Assembly (NCBI GenBank): GCA_046758565.1
Contig: JBHIAO010000001.1
Coordinates: forward strand, 1 to 62,140
DNA length: 62,140 nucleotides
Direction of reading: 5' to 3'
DNA from: Anaerolineae bacterium
GTDB taxonomy: Bacteria; Chloroflexota; Anaerolineae; Epilineales; JAANWY01
Each line of letters begins with the position of its first letter. Position 1 is the first letter of the stretch. Positions 57,742 through 62,140 of this stretch are shown here, piece by piece. The notes beneath the pieces are model-generated. The model worked only from the letters and a program-made list of their open reading frames with translations, was not told the origin of the DNA and did no database searches. Made by a program: the position numbers and the translations under genes.

Positions 57742-59244
57742 ATGAGCCTCCCCGCGAGGGCAACCATGACCTCAGATGATTTAACGGTCGCAACCGATCT
57801 CATCGGAGAGCGGGTTCACCTGGCCGGCCACTTCCAGGAACCGGTGACCGTCGAGGGCGTTCGCCCCCTGGGTAGCAGCGTCGAGCTGCAAGTACGGCGT
57901 GGGGATGGGCAACTCGACGAAACCATCCTGTCGGCCGACGAGGTGGACGCGCTGCTGGCTCAATTGACGACTCAGGCGGGGCCGGCCCCGCTGGCTGACC
58001 CCCACCAACTGCGGCTGCTGGTGGAATCGGCCCGCATTCGCCTGGCCTACGCCTACGACCGCCACTTCGCCGTGAGCCTCTCGGGCATCCGCACCCTGCC
58101 CCACCAGATCGAGGCCGTCTACCTCAAGATGCTCCCCCAGCCTCGCCTGCGCTTCCTGCTGGCCGACGACCCTGGCGCCGGCAAAACCATCATGGCTGGC
58201 CTGCTCCTCAAGGAGATGAAACTCCGTGAGGCCATCGAGCGGGTGCTGATCCTCGTCCCGGCCCCGCTGACCATCCAGTGGCAGGACGAGCTGCTGCGCT
58301 TCTTCGGCGAGAGCTTCCAGATCATCCATTCGGGCAACGATCAACAGCAGCTCATCAACCTGTGGCAGCGGGAGAACCAGGTCATCGCCTCGATAGACTA
58401 CGCCAAGCAAGACTCAGTGCGAGAGCGGGTGTGGCAACAGCGCTGGGATGTGCTCATCATGGACGAAGCACACAAGTGCTCGGCCTACACCAGGCGTCGT
58501 ACTGGCCGCGCCGCCGACCCTTCGACCCCGCTCAGGACAAGGGTAGATAAGACCAAGCGCTACCAACTGGCCGAACGCCTGGTGGCGCGTGTCGACCACG
58601 TCCTGCTGCTCACGGCCACACCTCACCACGGCGATGACGACCGCTTCGGCCATTTTGTACGCCTCATCGACCCCGACGTGTTCCCCGAACCCCACCGCCT
58701 GGGCGAGCAGGCCCGCGCCATCCGGCGGGACATCCTCAACCTGGCCGGCGAGTCCCCGTGGGCGCTGCGCCGCCTCAAGGAGGGCCTCCGCGACCTAGAG
58801 GGCCGGCGGCTCTTCCCCGACCGCCACGCCTACACGGTCACGTTCCAGTTGAACGCCGAGGAATTCGCCCTCTACAAGGCAGTCACAAGCTACATCAACG
58901 AGTTCCTGCCCCGAGGTGTGGGGCGACAGGCGGGCAGCGTCGCCCTGACCCGCACCGTCCTCCAGCGCCGGCTGGCCAGCTCGACTCGAGCTATCCACGA
59001 AAGCCTGCGCCGGCGCTTGGAAAAGCAACAGCGTCTGCTGCAAGAGCTGGAAGCCCTGTCGCCCCAGGAGCGTGCCCGCTACCTGGAGCGACTCCGAGGC
59101 CGGCTGACCGACGAGGAACAGGACGAGGACGACCTGGACGAGGTGGCCCGCGATCGGCTGACTGACGAGTTCACCGCTGCGGTCGAAATGGAGCAACTGC
59201 GCATGGAGGTGGCTGCCCTCCGAGACCTGGCCGAGCGGGCCTGA
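57742..59244 (+). CDS. SNF2-family helicase, N-terminal ATPase lobe (first part of an interrupted helicase-nuclease)
   Basis: 500 aa. LPHQIEAVY, motif I LADDPGAGKTIMAG, motif II IMDEAHK, motif III LLLTATPHHG, then a coiled-coil acidic insert. It ends at TGA 59242-59244, in the same frame as the next ORF. Confidence 0.85.
   Translation: MSLPARATMTSDDLTVATDLIGERVHLAGHFQEPVTVEGVRPLGSSVELQVRRGDGQLDETILSADEVDALLAQLTTQAGPAPLADPHQLRLLVESARIRLAYAYDRHFAVSLSGIRTLPHQIEAVYLKMLPQPRLRFLLADDPGAGKTIMAGLLLKEMKLREAIERVLILVPAPLTIQWQDELLRFFGESFQIIHSGNDQQQLINLWQRENQVIASIDYAKQDSVRERVWQQRWDVLIMDEAHKCSAYTRRRTGRAADPSTPLRTRVDKTKRYQLAERLVARVDHVLLLTATPHHGDDDRFGHFVRLIDPDVFPEPHRLGEQARAIRRDILNLAGESPWALRRLKEGLRDLEGRRLFPDRHAYTVTFQLNAEEFALYKAVTSYINEFLPRGVGRQAGSVALTRTVLQRRLASSTRAIHESLRRRLEKQQRLLQELEALSPQERARYLERLRGRLTDEEQDEDDLDEVARDRLTDEFTAAVEMEQLRMEVAALRDLAERA
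58518..58539. repeat. single copy of the 22-nt motif CCCTTCGAC-N3-GCTCAGGACA inside the SNF2 N-lobe
   Basis: cccttcgaccccgctcaggaca, read as PSTPLRT between helicase motifs II and III. Confidence 0.75.
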
Positions 59245-59247
59245 CAG

Positions 59248-61365
59248 GTGCGCGACAACGCCCCTGACAGCAAACTGGCCGCGCTGCGGGAGTGCCTGGC
59301 ACGCGCCCAGTTCGGGGAACTGCAGGACCGCCGGGGCAAGCTGCTCATCTTCACCGAGCATCGCGACACGCTGGCCCACCTGCGGGAGCACCTGGAGCGT
59401 TGGGGCTATACCACCTGCGAGATCCACGGCGGCATGAACCCCCACCAGCGCAAGGCAACCCAGGAGGAGTTCCGCATCCAGCGGCAGATTTGCGTGGCCA
59501 CCGGGGCCGCCGGCGAGGGCATCAATCTCCAGTTCTGTCATCTGATGATCAACTACGACCTGCCCTGGAATCCGACTCGTCTGGAACAGCGCATGGGCCG
59601 CATCCACCGCATCGGCCAGGAGCGGGACGTCTACGTCTTCAACTTCGTGGCCGAGCAAGCGCAGGATGGCCAGCCGGTCGTCGAGGGGCGCATCCTCAAG
59701 CGGTTGCTGGACAAGCTGGAGCAGATGCGCGACGCCCTGGGCCGAGAGCGGGTCTACGACGTCATCGGCGAGGTGCTGTCCCTCAACCGCGTAAACCTGC
59801 CCGAGATGCTGCGCGAGGCAGCCTACGATCCCCGCCGGCTGGATGAGTACCTGGACCAGATTGACCGCCTGGACCCGGCGCGGTTGCAGCAGTACGAGGA
59901 GGCAACCGGCATCGCCCTGGCCCGCGCCCACGTGGACTTCAGCGCCTTCCAGGAGGCCAACTTCGAGGCTGAGGAGCGGCGACTGATGCCTGAGTACGTG
60001 GCCCGCCAGTTCCTGGCTGCCTCCGAAGCGGTGGGCCTGCGGGTCGAGTCCCGGGCCGACGGGTTGTGGCGTGTGCCCCACGTGCCCCAGGACCTCCGCT
60101 CCGAGCGATTGGAGGCGGTGCGCCGGCTGGGCAAGCCGGAGTCCAGCTACCGCAAGGTAACATTCCAGAAAGAGCACCTGGAACAGGATCAACACCTGGA
60201 TGCCGTGCTGACCGGGCCAGGTCACGCCCTGTACGCCACCGTGGACGAAAAGCTGAACGAGCGTCTGGCCCCCCTGCGTGGCCAGACGGCGGTCTTCCTG
60301 GACGGAACGACCGATGTGCCCTACTGGATCCACTTCCTGGAGATGGAGATCCGGGGGGAGGAAAGCCATCCGATTCACGCCGAGCTGCTGGCAGTGTGCG
60401 AAGAGCAAGCAGGCGAAGAGCGAAGGGCGTGGGGCGAAGAGCGCTCTTCGCTTTTCGCCTCTCGCTCCACGCCTTACGCTCCACGCTTCTCCCTCTTGTC
60501 GCCCGACGTGCTTCACGACCTCGCTCCACATCCCAACCACCCAGCCACTCAGCCACCCAGCCACCCTTCCCTGGAAGCAGCGACCGACTTTGTCAAAGCC
60601 GGCTACCAGTTGTCCAGGCGTCAGGAGATTCAGGCTGAGCGGCAGCACCACGCCCAGGTGGTGCGCGAGTACCTGGAAAAGTCGTTTGAGGCCCGCATCC
60701 GCGCCGCCGAACGCCGGGTGATGGGGCTGAGAGCCCGCGAGGCCGGCGGCGAAAAAGAGGTGGCCCTGGCCCGCCAGCAGGCGGAGCGGGACCTGGAAGA
60801 TCTGCACCGGGCGCGCCGCGACCGGCTGGCCGGCCTGGACCGCCTGGCCATCGCCCGCAGCGGGCCGGTGCGCCACCTGGCCAGCGTCTGGGTGCTGCCC
60901 CCCGGTCGGGTTCTGGAAGCTGAACCGGCAGCCGCCTGGCCCGAGGATGCCGAAGCCCGCCGGCGCGTGGAACTGGCCGCCATGCGAGTGGTGATGGACT
61001 ACGAGCGCCGGCGCGGCTGGGAGCCCTTCGACATCTCAGACGAGCGGGGACCGGGTTTCGACATCCGCAGCCTGGGGCCGGCTGATCCAGCCACCGGCCA
61101 CCGTCCGGTGCGGCGCATTGAGGTCAAAGGCCGGGCGCGGGGTCAGCCCGTGCACCTGGGTACCAACCAGTGGCTCAAGGCGCGGCAGTTGCGCGACACC
61201 TACTGGCTATACGTGGTGTGGGATCCGCTGGAGGCAGGACCCGACACAGAGCCGGTGTGTATTCAGGATCCAGCCCACCGGCTGGAGTATGCAGCGCGCG
61301 AGGTGCGCATCCTCAGCGGCTATGATATTCCGGCTGAGGCAATAGAGCATGCCTCAACACGTTGA
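59248..61365 (+). CDS. SNF2-family helicase C-terminal lobe fused to a DUF3883-type PD-(D/E)xK nuclease domain (second part)
   Basis: 705 aa, GTG start two codons after the TGA. Helicase_C motifs LIFTEHRDT, ATGAAGEGINLQ and YDLPWNPTRLEQRMGRIHRIGQ. The C-terminus GFDIRS...RRIEVKGR...YWLYVVW matches the D...EVK nuclease core of DUF3883. Confidence 0.85.
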   Translation: MRDNAPDSKLAALRECLARAQFGELQDRRGKLLIFTEHRDTLAHLREHLERWGYTTCEIHGGMNPHQRKATQEEFRIQRQICVATGAAGEGINLQFCHLMINYDLPWNPTRLEQRMGRIHRIGQERDVYVFNFVAEQAQDGQPVVEGRILKRLLDKLEQMRDALGRERVYDVIGEVLSLNRVNLPEMLREAAYDPRRLDEYLDQIDRLDPARLQQYEEATGIALARAHVDFSAFQEANFEAEERRLMPEYVARQFLAASEAVGLRVESRADGLWRVPHVPQDLRSERLEAVRRLGKPESSYRKVTFQKEHLEQDQHLDAVLTGPGHALYATVDEKLNERLAPLRGQTAVFLDGTTDVPYWIHFLEMEIRGEESHPIHAELLAVCEEQAGEERRAWGEERSSLFASRSTPYAPRFSLLSPDVLHDLAPHPNHPATQPPSHPSLEAATDFVKAGYQLSRRQEIQAERQHHAQVVREYLEKSFEARIRAAERRVMGLRAREAGGEKEVALARQQAERDLEDLHRARRDRLAGLDRLAIARSGPVRHLASVWVLPPGRVLEAEPAAAWPEDAEARRRVELAAMRVVMDYERRRGWEPFDISDERGPGFDIRSLGPADPATGHRPVRRIEVKGRARGQPVHLGTNQWLKARQLRDTYWLYVVWDPLEAGPDTEPVCIQDPAHRLEYAAREVRILSGYDIPAEAIEHASTR
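60398..60570. repeat. GCGAAGA-family heptamer hairpin plus a CCACCCAG array inside the helicase-nuclease ORF
   Basis: 18-bp perfect palindrome gcgaagagcgctcttcgc (60434-60451), flanked by gcgaaga/ggcgaag units and their complements. Then ccaccca gccactca gccaccca gccaccct (60537-60566). Read in frame as CEEQAGEERRAWGEERSSLFASRSTPYAPRFSLL...HPNHPATQPPSHPS. Confidence 0.8.
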
Positions 61366-61462
61366 GGGCTCCGGAACCCCCGACCTGTCGAGGTCGAAAT
61401 CCGAGACTCGTTCGGGCTGCCCAGGGAGGGAACATGATTGCCGCCTGCAGGAGGAGGAGTTG

Positions 61463-62140
61463 ATGATCGGGATGCAGCGGATTGGCCTGCCTGAGTACGC
61501 GCCGGCCGCCTTCCGCGAGGCGGTGCACAACGCGCTCCTCCACCGCGACTACGCCCGGCTGGGGACGGTGTACGTGCAGTGGTATGAGGACCGGATCGAA
61601 GTCAGCAACCCGGGTGGGTTTGTGGAAGGCGTGCGCCTGGACAACCCTTCGGGCCGAGCCTCAGGGCGAAGCCTGCTGGTGGTGCGCCCCAAGCCGCGCA
61701 ACCCGGTGTTGGCCGACGCCTTCAAGCGCATCGGTCTGGTGGAGCGGACCGGGCGCGGCATTGACCTGATCTTTGATGGCCAGTTGCGCACCGGCCACCG
61801 TCCGCCGGACTACGGGCGGTCGGACGAAACCGGAGTGACAGTCGTGCTGGCCGGAGGAGTGGCCGACCTGGCCTTTGCCCGCTTTGTCATTGAGCAAGGC
61901 CGGGCCGGGAAGCCCCTCATGCTGGACGACCTGCTGATCCTGCACACGCTGCAGGAGGAAGAGTCGGTAGACCTGAAGCGCGTGACCGGCCTCTTCCAAA
62001 AGTCCTCCGCTGAGGCGCTGGCCCAACTCGACCGGTTGATCCGGTTCGGGTGGCTGGAAGCGAGGGGCAAAGGGGAGAAGCGCCGGTACAGGCTGGCCGG
62101 ACTGGCGCGGGAGGCCCTGGGTGAAGGAGCATCCCGCCCC
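61463..62140 (+). CDS. COG2865-type protein (HATPase_c_4 plus C-terminal wHTH) lacking the usual N-terminal AlbA_2/Schlafen domain; 3' end outside the window
   Basis: Hand translation in frame 2 from ATG 61463: MIGMQRIGLPEYAPAAFREAVHNALLHRDY...PRNPVLADAFKRIGLVERTGRGIDLI.... These motifs are typical of the 'putative transcriptional regulator / RecG-like' HATPase_c_4 family. The frame is open to the window end. Confidence 0.65.
   Translation, partial: MIGMQRIGLPEYAPAAFREAVHNALLHRDYARLGTVYVQWYEDRIEVSNPGGFVEGVRLDNPSGRASGRSLLVVRPKPRNPVLADAFKRIGLVERTGRGIDLIFDGQLRTGHRPPDYGRSDETGVTVVLAGGVADLAFARFVIEQGRAGKPLMLDDLLILHTLQEEESVDLKRVTGLFQKSSAEALAQLDRLIRFGWLEARGKGEKRRYRLAGLAREALGEGASRP

Noticed and set aside
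59242-59244. TGA as a selenocysteine codon or genome-wide TGA reassignment.
   Set aside because: Many genes in the window end cleanly on TGA at the expected family length (glpB, phnC, the amylase, citE and others). I see no convincing SECIS-type hairpin right after the codon. The position is a linker, not a redox site.
58795-60876. 693-aa ORF on the minus strand opposite the SNF2 helicase-nuclease.
   Set aside because: It is an antisense shadow ORF typical of GC-rich DNA. It has low-complexity Gly/Ala/Leu/Gln/His-rich composition and no motif, while the plus strand carries unmistakable helicase motifs.

Overview
GC-rich (about 60% by eye) bacterial chromosomal segment that appears to span the replication origin: dnaA sits at 16165-17664, with a DnaA-box and AT-rich cluster at 15612-16164. 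Most genes are housekeeping or nutrient uptake.

Gene content, left to right:
- Glycerol and glycerol-3-phosphate block: partial family-1 SBP, GDPD, MIP channel, glpK, glpABC.
- panE-like, ygfZ-like, plsY, PIG-L deacetylase, dnaA, obg, nadD.
- AapJQMP-type amino-acid ABC transporter.
- REC-GAF-GAF regulator, sugar-phosphate isomerase, pyruvate kinase.
- Dockerin protein, VanW-family protein, PAP2 phosphatase, GH38 mannosidase.
- groES-groEL with a CIRCE operator, TPR protein, GH13 amylase, DsbA-like protein.
- phnDCE, CPBP protease, CitE-like lyase, two degenerate antiporter-like membrane proteins.
- S1, S21, ftsK, LysE-type exporter.
- At the right edge, an accessory-looking block: an SNF2 helicase fused to a DUF3883-type PD-(D/E)xK nuclease and interrupted by one in-frame TGA, followed by an N-terminally truncated COG2865-type (HATPase_c_4) gene that runs off the window.

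No rRNA, tRNA, CRISPR array or transposase was recognised.

The most unusual signal is at the nucleotide level. More than 20 loci carry short elements whose arms are degenerate tandem repeats, mostly 7-nt units in at least nine sequence families, and usually arranged as a hairpin. They sit exactly at gene ends, sometimes supplying the stop codon, between cistrons of operons, and in frame inside at least five ORFs (glpA, GH38, VanW, ftsK, SNF2).

Other second-look items:
- a colinear relic of a GDPD 3' end fused to the glpK start
- a membrane-anchored LexA-like S24 peptidase
- an orphan wHTH plus membrane-protein cassette with its own operator
- a 0.7-kb ORF-free gap with a minus-strand terminator in front of the SNF2 block

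Taxon cannot be fixed from this window. The lipoprotein linkers and repeat style recall filamentous Chloroflexota or cyanobacteria, but that is inference only.
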